Shown: positions 1 to 11,142 of the stretch, one piece after another
How the letters are laid out: the number at the start of each line of letters is the position of its first letter
Position numbering within the stretch: position 1 is the first letter of the stretch
Assembly (NCBI GenBank): GCA_010356995.1
Contig: ML996697.1
Location: 62,001 to 126,000, forward strand
Direction of reading: 5' to 3'
DNA from: Trichodelitschia bisporula
Lineage: Eukaryota
Length of the DNA stretch: 64,000 nt
Notes under the pieces: model-generated
What the model saw: only the letters and a program-made list of their open reading frames with translations
Databases searched by the model: none
What the model was told of the DNA's origin: nothing
Program-made: the position numbers and the translations under genes

Positions 1-922
1 CCGCCATAGGCGTAGCCTCGGGTATCGCCGGCCTGGTTACGGACTTCGTACCGCTCGTCTTTCCAGCCTTGATCCTCGCGCGCTTCCGCCTGCCCTTGCG
101 GAAGCAAGTCGAGCTCATACTCATCCTTCTCTTAAGCCTAATGTACCTCCCCCTCCCCCTCCCCCTCCCAATACCCCCCTAACCAAGGGCAGAATAATCG
201 CCTCAGGCGCATCCCGCCTCGCACTCGCCATCCCCGCCCTCCACGCACCAACCTTCGACCCCGCGGCCGCGCGGAGGAGGCTGATTACCGAAATGTGGGA
301 GTACCACCTCCTCCTCATCTGCGCCTGCGCTCCGCCGCTGCACGCCCTCTGCCGCATCCAGCCGGGCGAAGTAAGCGGCACCTCGTCCTTCGGTCCGCGG
401 GGCGACACGTCGCGGAGCGTGCGCCCACCACCACCGGTGTTCACGCCGCGCTTCCCGTCCGCGGGCGTAACCATCGCCGAAGCCTACGGCGACGCGGAGA
501 AGCCGCCGGCGAGGCGCAGCCACGAGCTGAGGCGTAGTTGGGGGGAGAGTGTGTTGAGTTGGGGGAGTAGTGGGAAGAGGGGATCTAGTGGGAAGAGGGG
601 ATCTAGTGGGAAAAGGACGAGGCCTGTGCCCGGGGAGTTGGTGGATGTGGGCGGGTTGATTACGAGTAGCCCCGGGGAGGAGAAGGCTTGGTGTGCGCTT
701 TGTAGGGTACGGCATACGGGACGGGAGGGGTGTGTGGGGATGAGTGGGGGGGAGTGGTGGGGGGAGGTGCAGAGGGAGTTTTGGGAGGGTGGAAGGGGGA
801 GGAGGGAGGATAGAAGAGCACGTGGCGGGCAGGAGAGAAGAGCAGAGGGGAGGGATGGGAGAAGGTCACAAGGAGAGGCGATGAGAGGAGGGGAGAGAAA
901 GGAGATAGGGGAGGTAATGTAA
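1..922 (+). CDS. 3' part of a Pth11-like (fungal rhodopsin-domain) integral membrane receptor; exons <1..142 and 193..922
   Basis: Frame from base 3 reads AIGVASGIAGLVTDFVPLVFPALILARFRLPLRKQVELILILLLSL. Intron 143..192 (GTACCT..CTAAC..CAG) joins it in frame to ...EMWEYHLLLICACAPPL. The D..P..L..L...K and E....ICAC.P.L motifs are typical of Pth11-type helices 5-7. The 5' end lies outside the window. Confidence 0.75.
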   Translation, partial: RHRRSLGYRRPGYGLRTARLSSLDPRALPPALAEASRAHTHPSLKPNVPPPPPPPPNTPLTKGRIIASGASRLALAIPALHAPTFDPAAARRRLITEMWEYHLLLICACAPPLHALCRIQPGEVSGTSSFGPRGDTSRSVRPPPPVFTPRFPSAGVTIAEAYGDAEKPPARRSHELRRSWGESVLSWGSSGKRGSSGKRGSSGKRTRPVPGELVDVGGLITSSPGEEKAWCALCRVRHTGREGCVGMSGGEWWGEVQREFWEGGRGRREDRRARGGQERRAEGRDGRRSQGEAMRGGERKEIGEVM

Positions 923-1391
923 TAGACGTAATGCATGATGTTATGATGGATTTGCCGTGGCTGGGTAGGCGTGATGAGTACGAGTTCGGAGCAGATGATG
1001 GTCGGCTTCGGATCCTCGGTGCAGTAACCGCGTCTTCGGAAGGTACTCACAATTCGCCAATCCCATGATTCGGCAATCGCCACCACCAGTGAAGCCGCAT
1101 GTCGCGCTGGCTCCCGAACCGGCTGCCACAGATTTTGGTTCCGCTTCACTCTCGCAAGACGCCGTTCAAAGCAAGCTGCACCTCATTCAACATTATGCTA
1201 CTACGTTATGCCGCACTTTTGCAGCGCTCTGCTTTTGGTGATGGTACCAACTAGACGATGGAGCATAGACTTGATACATGTAATGGCTACGGTGTGATAT
1301 AAAAGTTAACAAAATCAAAGAGGTGAGAGAGGAGAGAGACGCTCGATACTGAATACAGGATGTCGCAAATGTCCTCCAATGCTCCTTCCTT

Positions 1392-1995
1392 CTACCATGA
1401 GTACATTACGTCATGCTCATTCCGGAGATGAGTATACTCCTTCTTGACGAAACAGTGCTCAGGCCTCGTGGCTACATCAAGGATGCATAATGGATCGCGC
1501 CCTATCGATCGCTGAATTTGTGATCTCGGCCTGAGCTCCGCACCGGCACGGGCCATCCCGTGAACCATAGCTTGACCACGTGAAATGACCCTCTCCACAG
1601 CCTTGCGGCTCCCCTCGGCTAACAGCAAAGCATCTCTCAGTCATACGGACCTGTCCTCCCAGCCCAAATGGCACTCCGCAATGCGAGCACTTATCTCCTC
1701 CTCGTACACATGCCAGTCTCCCACTCCCATTACTTCAAATTCCGGAATGTAAGCAAATGTCAAACCGAGGCCTCTGGAAAATGCTATGCTCCCAAGAGCG
1801 GCTTCATACCACTGTAAAAGATTCCTCAGCTCTGCTAGGTGGCGCTGGAGTATGTCGCTGTTTAGTAGCTCAGGATTGTGTCTATTGGTGGTAAGTATCA
1901 AACATTCTAAGTCGATCATTTGGATGGCGCGATGGGATAGTTTCTCGGTGGCGCGCCACCTCGCCTTGGGCAGGTGTGAGGGAAGCGGGGGGTAG
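1392..1995 (-). pseudogene. possible degenerate hypothetical gene; two ORFs in the same frame separated by one TGA (1641-1643)
   Basis: ORFs 1641..1919 and 1392..1628 share a frame and read protein-like across a single stop. No intron of usual size removes the stop, and no family is recognisable. Confidence 0.3.
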
Positions 1996-2397
1996 AATTC
2001 AGCTGGAATCTGTTAGCTTTGAACTTGTACGGGTGGAGGGAGTCGAGGGACACATGAGAGATCTAAGGAATTGCACATAATGAAATCTCGAGAGACCCGC
2101 TAAAGCACATATTTGAGTAGATGACGGGAAGACGCTGCTGAGACACAGTGAGGCCTTTATGTTTCTCTGCGGACTTGCCAGTGGGTTATCTTTCTTTGTT
2201 CTCTTCACATGGATCGCCACGTCTTCAATTATTGTACTTTCCTTTGAGTGTGTCTCATTGATCTAAGATAAACCTACAAACAAGACCAGACAAAGAAACC
2301 ATTGTAAATTTAAGCTCATAACCTCATGGATGCGCCAGTGCCCCAACTCCCGCTAAGAACGCATGAAGAAAAAGTCCACCTTTGCATCATGTAGCCC

Positions 2398-3455
2398 CTA
2401 CTTGAAGTCCGGCACAGTCTTGAGCAGCCAGTTCGCGCCCTCCTCCTTTACCATCTTCTCCGCATACGCGGGATTGATCTTGCGCCAAAGTTCCACGGCC
2501 TCCCGGTTCTTTTCTTCCCAGGTCTTGACGCCAGCCTTGCCCAGCTCCGCGGCCAGCTCATCCTCTTCAGCGCGCTCCTTCTCCCGCTTGGCCTGCTCCT
2601 CCTTGTATTTCTTCACCCACGGAAGCTGCTCCTCTACAGCACGCTTCTCAGCCACAACACGCTCATACTCGCGCTGCTTGGCCTGTTGAAGCTTCCATTC
2701 AAGCTGAGCTTGCTCATGCGGGGAGAACTTGACGTCGCGGATGCGCTTGCACGGGCGGCTCGAATCGGTACAGGACGCTTCATCCGTCTCGATGTGCTTC
2801 GGGAACAAACGATTGGGCAGGGGCTTGAAGACGCGCGACCCCGGCGGCGGAGACGGAGGTGCGTTCTCGTTGTTCTCATCATCCGGCTGTGGGGGTCAGT
2901 GAGGCATGTTTAAGGAAGGTATACGTACGCCGCGCTTGCCCAGGATAGACGGAATGGTGGTTGGCTTATTCCGAGGTCCGATGAACGGGGGAGGGGCGTT
3001 TTCAGATCCAGGTGGGCCGTTGTGGAGAGACGAGATGGTGTCGATCATGGTGACATCGTTGTCAAACTGTTGAGGTTAGTGAGGCGAAGTTAAGAGAGGT
3101 ATACATACGCCACGCTGGCCGAACACGGAAGTGACGGGGGCTGGTATGCTACCGGTGCCGAAAATGCGAGGAGGGAAGTTCTCGGACCCGGGTGGGCCGA
3201 CAGGGTGAGACGAGATGGCGTCCATCTTGTAGTCATCAATATCTGACTGTGGCGGGGTTAGTGGGGGCTGGTTAAGAGAGGTATACATACGCCATGCCTG
3301 CCCGGAAAGGAAGAGATGGCGGTGGGATGGTAACGAGGACCGAGGACGCGTGGAGGAATGTTTTCGGATCCGGGTGGGCCTTGAACGGGAGAAGAGATGG
3401 CGGGGGTAGTGCCCGTGAAGGAAGCCATTTCGTTGGAGAAATGGAAGAGCGACAT
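2398..3455 (-). CDS. orphan protein with three GPPGSEN repeats and a C-terminal coiled coil; exons 3455..3291, 3246..3109, 3066..2929, 2886..2398
   Basis: Three phase-0 introns (3247..3290, 3067..3108, 2887..2928) with GTAYGT donors, CTRAC branch sites and CAG acceptors splice into one ORF ending in the 2398..2808 E/K-rich frame. Confidence 0.75.
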
Positions 3456-3680
3456 GATTGAAGACTGATATTGCACCTTAGTGTGTAGTAAAAGAAGCAG
3501 AGGGGGAGAATCACAGGAGAGAAATGGTGGTGGTGGATGGTTGTATTAAGAAGAAGAGTTCAGGTTTTGGAAACTGGTTTGTGGGATATAGGGGGGGGAG
3601 TGTTGACAGCCCAAGACTTTACAACGCGTGAGCGCGAGCACAAGCCTAAACGTTTTTCCAGCTCTTGTGTTGACGTGTTG

Positions 3681-3873
3681 CACTGCCGAGCGTGTACATC
3701 CAGTGGTGGAAGAAGGGTATAGAAGGGTACGGATAAGGGGGACTCGGTGAGAGTCCAAGACTTCCCTTGCCTGCCCACGCGCACCGTGACCACTGCTTTT
3801 CCGGCCTCATCACTGGCGTCCCGCACTGCCAAGCGCGTTTCTCCGGTGGTCATAGAAGGGTATAGATAAGGGG
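3681..3873. repeat. degenerate ~55-bp direct repeat (about 3681-3740 and 3824-3873)
   Basis: cactgccgagcgtgt...ggtgg..agaagggta..gataagggg versus cactgccaagcgcgt...ggtggtcatagaagggtatagataagggg. Confidence 0.55.
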
Positions 3874-4300
3874 TGAATTGCTGCGCTAAGGGTGATATAC
3901 TGCCGAAGATATATGGGATGGGAAGACGACATTCCGTCTGATGTCGTTGACTGGAGGTCATGTGTCAGCCTTGCGGGACCGAATAGGGATACTGCCGCAA
4001 CGACATTTTGCGAGAGACTCTCACATAGCAAATGAGTGCGCAGAAGATGATTGAATGTGCTATCTACCTCGAAAAGCTCCTCCTCTGCTCCGCTTAGACT
4101 ACTATCCGAACTCTTGCTCCGATCACCTCGTGCAACGCACGGTAGGACCACGGCGCTGACGTGTAGAACGGCGCACCCACGGAGCGTCGTCGTCTTCTGG
4201 AACATGCTTAACAGCTGCAGTCCCAGGTGACTTCCCTTGCCCCTGAACGGCCATGCTGCTCATAGAAGTACTGGCGCCCCGCTTCCGCGAGCTCGCAGTG

Positions 4301-7015
4301 TCATCGGAGCTTCAACTCCATCTCCAAGAGGTTGGGGCGCTTGCTCGCCTTCTGAGATGAAGTCTTAGATTTCCCACCCCTGGCGCGTTTAGTCGGTCTC
4401 TCGGCGGGAGTCGCAACTTCCTCGTCCCTGAAGCGCTTTCCTGCCTTCTGAGCCGAAGTCTGAGATTTCTCACCCCTGGCGCGCTTCGTCGGTCTCTCGG
4501 CGGGAGTCGCAGCTTCCTCGTCCCTCGGGCGCTTAGCCGTCTGAATAGGAGCCCCGAGTCGCTCGTTCCGGGAGTGCTTGGCTGATTTCTGAGCAGAAGT
4601 CTCAGCTTTCTCACTGGTAGGCTTGTCACAGGGATCCACGGAGCTCTCCTGAATCGGGCGGGAGCTCTCAGAACCGAGCGACGAGGCCGCAAAACCGAGC
4701 GATGAGGTCGCAGAACCAAGTGTCGAGGCCTCAGAACCGAGCGATGAGGTCTCTACACTGCTCAACCCGTTGTTCGCACCGAACACGCTACCTTTGGAAC
4801 TAGTAGCGCTCTCATTCTCCACGCTCGGAGCGGAGTCGACATCCTTGGAATCCTCAACGCTGGTGAGAGCATTAGGCTGCTGCTTATTCCGCCACTGATT
4901 GAAATGAGCAAGGCTCCTCAGCTTCAGGGCCTTGCCTTTGGCGCGCTTGGGTGCCCGCTCAGTAGGAGTCTTAGTCTCCACACTGCTCAACATAGTGCTC
5001 GCTTTGAACACGCTGTCTTCGGAACCAGTGGCGCTCTCACCCTCCACACCCTGCTCGGGACCGATAAGTGCAGGATTCTCAACGCCAGTGACATCATCAG
5101 GCTGCTGCCCATTCTGTATATGCTTTAGAGAAGCGAGGTCACACATCTCACGATCCAGGAGTTTAGCGCGCTTGGGTGCCCGCTCAGCAGAAATCTCAGC
5201 TTCCTCGTCCCTGGAATGCTTAGCCTCCCTGGACCGGAGTCTCAAATTTTCGGCCGACTTGGGGCCTGTGTCCGTGGCGCTTCCATTGATCGGGCGGGAG
5301 TTCTCAGAACCGAACGATGAGGGCGCGGAGCCGAACGATGAAGGCGCGGAACCGAGCGTCGAGGTCTCAGAACCCAAAGACGAGGCATCCATACTGCTCA
5401 ACCCAGTACTCGCACTGAGCACGTTGGCTTCAGAAGTAGTAGCGTTCCCACTCTCCACACCCGGCGCAGGGTCGACAACTGCGGAATCCTCAACGTTGGC
5501 AACAATATCAGGCTTCTTCCCACTCTCCACAACCGGCTCACGTTCGCCATATGCGTTATACCCAACGCCATAGAAATTATCAGGCCGCCCCCCATTCTGC
5601 AAATGCTTGAGAAGAGCGCGCTCCCGCCTCTTCCGTTTCCAGTCCCTGCCGGGCTTGGGCGGCCGCTGAAAGGGAGTCGAAGCTTCATCGTCGATGAGGA
5701 GCTTGGCTGTCTTTGAAGCAGGAGTCTCAACTTCCTCGCTAGCCGTATGCTTGGTCGGTTTTTGAGCAACAGCCTTAAATTCCGCAGTCAAGGAGCGCTT
5801 GGTCGGCTTCAAGACAATAGTCGGTTCCGGAGCGGGCTTGATCGATTCTGGCGCAGTAGTGGTCGGATTCGGGACAGGCTTGGTCGGCTCTTGAGCGGGC
5901 CCGATCGCCTCTGGCGCAGAATTGGTCGACTCTAGAGCGGGCTTAATGGGCTCTGGAGCGGGCTCAATCGCCTCTGGCATAGGATTGGTTGTCTTTGGGG
6001 CAAGCTCGGCCGGCTCTGGGGCAGGATCGGTCGACTTTAGGACTGGCTTAGTCGGCCCCGTCGCGGCCTCGATCGCCTCTGACGCAGGATCAGTCGTCTT
6101 CGAGGCAGACTCAGTCGGCTGCGGAGCAGGCTCGATCACCTTTGGCACAGGATCCATCGTCTTCTGCGCAGGAACCTTCACTTTCTCGCTGGGACAGTCG
6201 CTGTGAGAGTCCGCGGCCATCGCGAGAAGAAACGCGGCGGCTTCCTCCACGGTGCGCACGCCGGTGCTGGTACTGGTCGCATTGCTCTGGGATAGGGTGT
6301 GGCGCTGATTCCCCATGTCTGAAGCGGGATTGAAGTTTTCCTGATCGTGTACAGCAGTGCTGGTGCTGATAGTGTTGCTCTTAGACCGGGTGCGGCGTTG
6401 ATTCGCCCGGCCCGGCCCGGTGTCGCCATTCACCAGGTCTTCGACGCTGCTGCCAACATCAGGCCGCTCATTGAAATCAGTGAGGAGCTCCATCTCCCGC
6501 TCCAAGAGGTTGGGGCGCAGAGTCGTCGTTTTCGCAGCCATTTTCGCAGCCGTCTTAACTTCCTCATTTTTCGGTCGCTTGTTCGGTCTCTGACTAGCGG
6601 TCTCAATGTCATCGCCTCTGGAGCGCTTCTTCAATTGCTGAGTAGGATTCGGGAGTTCCTTGGCCTCGGTGGGCTTGGTCGCGTTCTCAGCGGGTTTCGC
6701 AGTGTCCGGGGTCGGGTCTTTGGTAGGCTCGGGATGATACCAGGCAGCAAGCCGGGCTTCCTTCGCGAGCCGGTTTGCCTTCTGCTTTGCGATCAGGAAC
6801 TCCTTGCTGTCCAAGACCGAGTGCGGGCCTGCGAGCGTTAGATTTTAATGCTAAGGGGAAGGGGAAGGAGACGAACCATAGCCAGGAGCAAAGCGCAAAG
6901 TGTGCACTGGACCGCCATCATCCGTCGTCACCGCGTCGCCGTCGCGAACAAGAGGCGGCAGATTCTCCGGATCGTATGGCTTGTAATTAGCCGCGAATTT
7001 CTTCGTGCGCGCCAT
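4301..7015 (-). CDS. orphan low-complexity, repeat-built, probably nuclear protein (~888 aa) starting MARTKK; exons 7015..6877 and 6828..4301
   Basis: Intron 6829..6876 (GTTCGT..CTAAC..CAG) joins MARTKKFAANYK... in frame to the 837-codon ORF. It has PAPEPTK-like and SSLGSE heptads, KRxRDEE..TP..RP.KR repeats and LLEREMELLTDFNERP. Confidence 0.75.
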
Positions 7016-7437
7016 CGTGAGATTGTAGAGTTTGTAGCAATGGGAAAGTAGTGGGGGTGAGGGATGTTGGGCGCAAAGTATGGGTAAGGTACAAGAGGGA
7101 GAAAAGGAAGAAATGAACCAGTGGAGAGCTGATTGAGCCATGGGCGGCCTGTGTGCGGTGGTGGAATGAATGTTGGAGCGACGGGCTTGGCGATTGTCTA
7201 GAAATTTCTGTCGGATGTGAGTTTGTGGGGGGGTGGGATGGATGGCCTCCTCCGAGGTGATGCAGAGCGCGCAGAGTCGGGATGAGAAGTAGTGAGCCCA
7301 TCATGTCCCTACTCCAGAACAAGGCAGCGCGAAGCACCCGCACAATAGACGGAAACAGCACCCGCGCAGCAGATCCAGGTACATAACAGCAGGTCCGGAC
7401 ACGCAACAACACTCCTTCAAATCTCCCAACCTCTAAA

Positions 7438-7625
7438 CGCGTTATAAGTCCGTGAATCAGCCGACATATCGATATCCAAGGGTACACATACTCCTCTCAT
7501 CCCCATTGATATTCCCCGCAAGAGCATCCAGAAAACCCCCAACCTGCAAACCCGTTATGAGTCCATGAAGCAGCCGGCATACCGGGTATACATACTCCCG
7601 TCAGCTGCATTGCTATCCTCCCCTC
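7438..7625. repeat. degenerate ~75-bp direct repeat (about 7438-7518 and 7552-7625)
   Basis: cgttataagtccgtgaatcagccgacata...gggtacacatactcc versus cgttatgagtccatgaagcagccggcata..gggtatacatactcc. Confidence 0.6.
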
Positions 7626-7875
7626 CCGAACTCATCCCCCGCTGTCCCGACCCAAGTCGCTGACCCCGTCTGAATATCCTCCTTCCTAAAGCGGTTAACG
7701 CGCCGGCACGGGCCGTGCCTTCGGCCCGCAGACGCCCTGCTCCGCGCCGCTAAACCGAATCCGGTAATCGTGATAGCTATCAAGCTTCACAGAAAACCGG
7801 CGCAACAGAGTGGCCGTGACGCGCTTGGCGGCCGCTAGGTGAATGGTATACCACTCCGCCAGCATTAATACCCCT

Positions 7876-8040
7876 TCACCTCATCCGCAAAACTCCACCA
7901 CATCCGCAAACCTCCACCTCATCCGCAAACCTCCACAGCATCTGCAAAACACCACCTGATCCGGAAAACTTGACTTCATCCACCAAACCACCTCATCCAC
8001 CAAACTCCATATCTGCAAAACTCCACCTCACCCACCAACC
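7876..8040 (+). repeat. ~20-bp minisatellite (consensus about CCACCTCATCCGCAAAACT), ~8 degenerate copies
   Basis: cacctcatccgcaaaactc / caccacatccgcaaacctc / cacctcatccgcaaacctc / cacagcatctgcaaaacac and further copies, ending just 5' of the ATG at 8070. Confidence 0.8.
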
Positions 8041-8069
8041 TTCCTCTTGCCACCGACGCCACAAACAAA

Positions 8070-9430
8070 ATGGCAAAGAGCAAGAGAACCCTCGCCAAAG
8101 CGCCAAAGGGTAGGTCCCCAGAAAGCACATATTCCGTTCAAAGCAAACATAACCACCGCACACAGGCGCCGCGGCCCTTTCGTCCCGCCCCTCCCAGCCC
8201 GCGTCCTTGGACGCCGGCCCAACCGGGCCCATGCCTCGTCTCGCAGCTCGCCATCCGAGCTTGACCATCACCCACCGCGCAGCACAGCGCACCGGGACCA
8301 ATGGCGCTTCGGCGACCGCCCCCTCGGGGCCCGCTTAGGAAGCGGCCCCCCCCCCGTGGAACCGCCGCCCAGGCGTAAAAGGCGTTGCAGCCGGCCGCAT
8401 CTCAAAGAAACGCAAGACCGGGAAAAAGGCCACGGGCCGCGAGGCCGCTCAGGCCGCTAGTGCGCCGGGTGCTAACCAGCTTGAAGGTGACTCTTCCTCG
8501 CCGCCGGCCGAGGGCCTCCCTGCTCCTCCGGACTTTGCGAAGCAGGATCGGCTCGAGCTCGATGGGACGGCCAAGGTGAAGAAGGGCGCGGAGGTCGCGA
8601 CGGCTAGGCCGAGGAGTGACTCGGACGGTGGGGACGTGGATGATTCGCCGCCGGCTGAGGGTCTCCCGGGTCCTCCGTCCTTCGCGAAGAAGGATCGTGT
8701 TGTTTTGCACGAGCTCGGTCAGCACGCCATCACTGGAGTCTCCGCGAACTCGAAGAAGGGCATGGAGCGAGTCGGGTACAACAGCTGGGATATGGTCGAG
8801 GTGTCTCCCGCTTCACTGGCGGGGAATCGCCCTCCTACTCCGGTGCTTGCGAGGAAGCATCGCCCTGCTCAGCCCGAGTTCGGTCAGGCCGCCACCTTGA
8901 AGGTTCCCGTGGAATCGAAGGGCAAGGAGCGCGTCGAGGACAGCCACCAAGAAACTGACGACCTTACTTCGTCTCCGCCGACCGAGGGCTTCCCTCCTCC
9001 TCTGAATTCGAACAAAGGCAAGCAGCGCGCCTCGGACAACCAGGAAATCACCGACCTCACCACCCCACCAACCCCCTCGTCCCTCCCCACCAACTTCCAT
9101 GCGCACACCATCTCCCTCGAGTCCCGCGTCGCACGCCTCGAATCCACGCTCGCCGCTGGCTCTGCCCTGGGCGACGTCGTGTCCAAGATCCGCGCTGGCT
9201 CCGCCCTGGGCGAAGTGGCCTCCAAGCTCGCGTACCTCAATTCACAGAAGTGCATCGACGACATCGATGCCGAGATCAAGTTCAAGAAGGCCAGTCCTCT
9301 TCAAGAGGTTGAGAAGCAGAAGAAGACGGAGGAGGGGGAGAAGGAGGCGAAGCGGATGAAGTTGCGGGATGATAATGAGAGGGAGAGGAAGGAGCGGTGT
9401 AAGAAATATGGCCGTGACGACTTGATCTAG
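8070..9430 (+). pseudogene. orphan gene with one in-frame TAG (8336-8338); exons 8070..8109 and 8166..9430
   Basis: Intron 8110..8165 (GTAGGT..CAG) places MAKSKRTLAKAPKG in the frame of ORF 8576..9430. The only interruption is gct TAG gaa. Internal repeats SSPPAEGLPAPP / DSPPAEGLPGPP / SSPPTEGFPPP all lie in this frame. Confidence 0.6.
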
Positions 9431-9866
9431 GAGGATCGGACGGCTGAGATCGCGCGCGGCAGCATGGTGTACCGTAGCTTCGTGTGAATCTACCAGTGGA
9501 CGGTGTGTGTTGACGAGAAGGATGGCGATGAGATCTCTTGCAAGTGGACTTTGCGGAACGACACCTCGTCGTAGTGCTATTCCGATCTTACATTATTAGA
9601 AAGAAAAATGCAGATGTCGGTCGTCTGTGCATACAGGTATGGATGTACTTACCGAGTGATGTCGTCGAAATGTGGAGATCGCCATCCGCCGATCAGAGGC
9701 TGGCATGTGAGACACCAGCCTCGATGTCTCGTGGCATCCATATATCGGGCTCTAACCGCCCTACGAACCACAAACTGACAAGACCCTTCGACAAAATCCT
9801 GCCAGATCCTGCCAAATCCCTCTTCCTCACATTCCCTTCATTCCTCCCAACCACAAGCCCAAAAAA

Positions 9867-10550
9867 ATGCATCCCTCAATCCTCCTCTTCGCTGCCGCGC
9901 TCCCCCCCCTCTCCCACGCCGCCGCAACCTCAAACTGCTACTGGACCTCACGAATCCAAGAATGGACGCCAGACTGCATGCGGGGCTGTCAAGAAAAGGC
10001 CTACCGTGAGCCGGGTTGCAAATACGAGGACTTCATGTGCCAGTGCAAGCGGCAGAACAAGATGATGGATCTAATGCACGTCTGTATGGAGGACATGAAG
10101 GAGCACCCGTGCAGCAAAGTCGAGATTCGAGGTGCGTGCTGTATATTTCCGACTAGCTGGCTAAGGGCCTTGCTCACTCCCTCAGGCTGGATAGACCTCG
10201 TCGTCCCCCTCTGCGCCCAAATGGCCGGCACGCACGACGCGTGCACGTACGACATCGACCGCCGGGCCGTCAACATCGACCGCCGGCCCACCAACATCAA
10301 CCGCCGGGCTAGCAACACGTCTTCAAGCAGCGGCGACGGAGCATGGGGCGCGCGGATTACGCCTTCGAGTACGGGGACGGTTGCAGTTGTGACCAGTCCG
10401 AGCAGGCCTGGGAATGGGGGTGTGACGGTGGGTACGGTGCCGGCTCCTTCGGATAGCGGGGCGGAGAGGGGAGGGATTAGGTGGACTGTCTTGGTCGGGG
10501 TGGGAGTGGGGGTGGTGATGGGGGGTTTGGGTCTGAATAATAGGGGCTAA
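9867..10550 (+). CDS. secreted CFEM-domain protein, probably GPI-anchored; intron 10132..10185
   Basis: Signal peptide, CFEM-like Cys spacing (PDCMRGC...C...DFMCQC...C...C...C), an S/T/P-rich stalk and a hydrophobic C-terminus. The 54-nt intron GTGCGT..CTCAC..CAG is in frame. Confidence 0.8.
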   Translation: MHPSILLFAAALPPLSHAAATSNCYWTSRIQEWTPDCMRGCQEKAYREPGCKYEDFMCQCKRQNKMMDLMHVCMEDMKEHPCSKVEIRGACCIFPTSWLRALLTPSGWIDLVVPLCAQMAGTHDACTYDIDRRAVNIDRRPTNINRRASNTSSSSGDGAWGARITPSSTGTVAVVTSPSRPGNGGVTVGTVPAPSDSGAERGGIRWTVLVGVGVGVVMGGLGLNNRG

Positions 10551-11142
10551 AGGATGTCTGCATATGCGTAATGGTTTACGATGGATGGGTAGGGCTTGGT
10601 TATGATCTTAATGCGACGGTGATAATCCCCGAGGTGACGCCCGGTGGGCTGTGTAACATGCGGTATGCTGTGCGATGTGATGCTGGTGCTGTGCATCTCT
10701 GCGGTGACGACGCTGGTTGGAGGTGTCAACGAGAATGTCCTCATACCTCCAATAGACATCAAAAAGTCAATGATGAACACAGCCAAAAAGAAGGCGGGCA
10801 AGGCATTTCCGCACAGTCGTCAGCAGGAAGCGGAATGCGCGTAGGATCTCCACATTTGACCGCGCAGTGACGCGTTCTGTCCAGCGTCGTGCATTATTGC
10901 GGAAAACCCAGCCACACGCCAAGACACCGGACGCCCAGCCTCCTGCCCCCCTCTCCGCCCGAATCAACAAAACACCACGACTGGGAGCTTGTCCCCACGG
11001 TGCATCCGCGTCAACAGCACATCGCCATAATTCCACCACACCCCTTCATCTTCGCTCTTTGCCGCCAAACCCCATGCACGTTGTCGGGCTGGGCAATTGA
11101 TTACTCCTTACTCGGTCTTTACTCTCTCCACCACCACCCGCC

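Noticed and set aside
7876..8040. Regular ~20-bp repeats as a CRISPR array
   Set aside because: Adjacent degenerate units without unique spacers, eukaryotic context and no cas genes.
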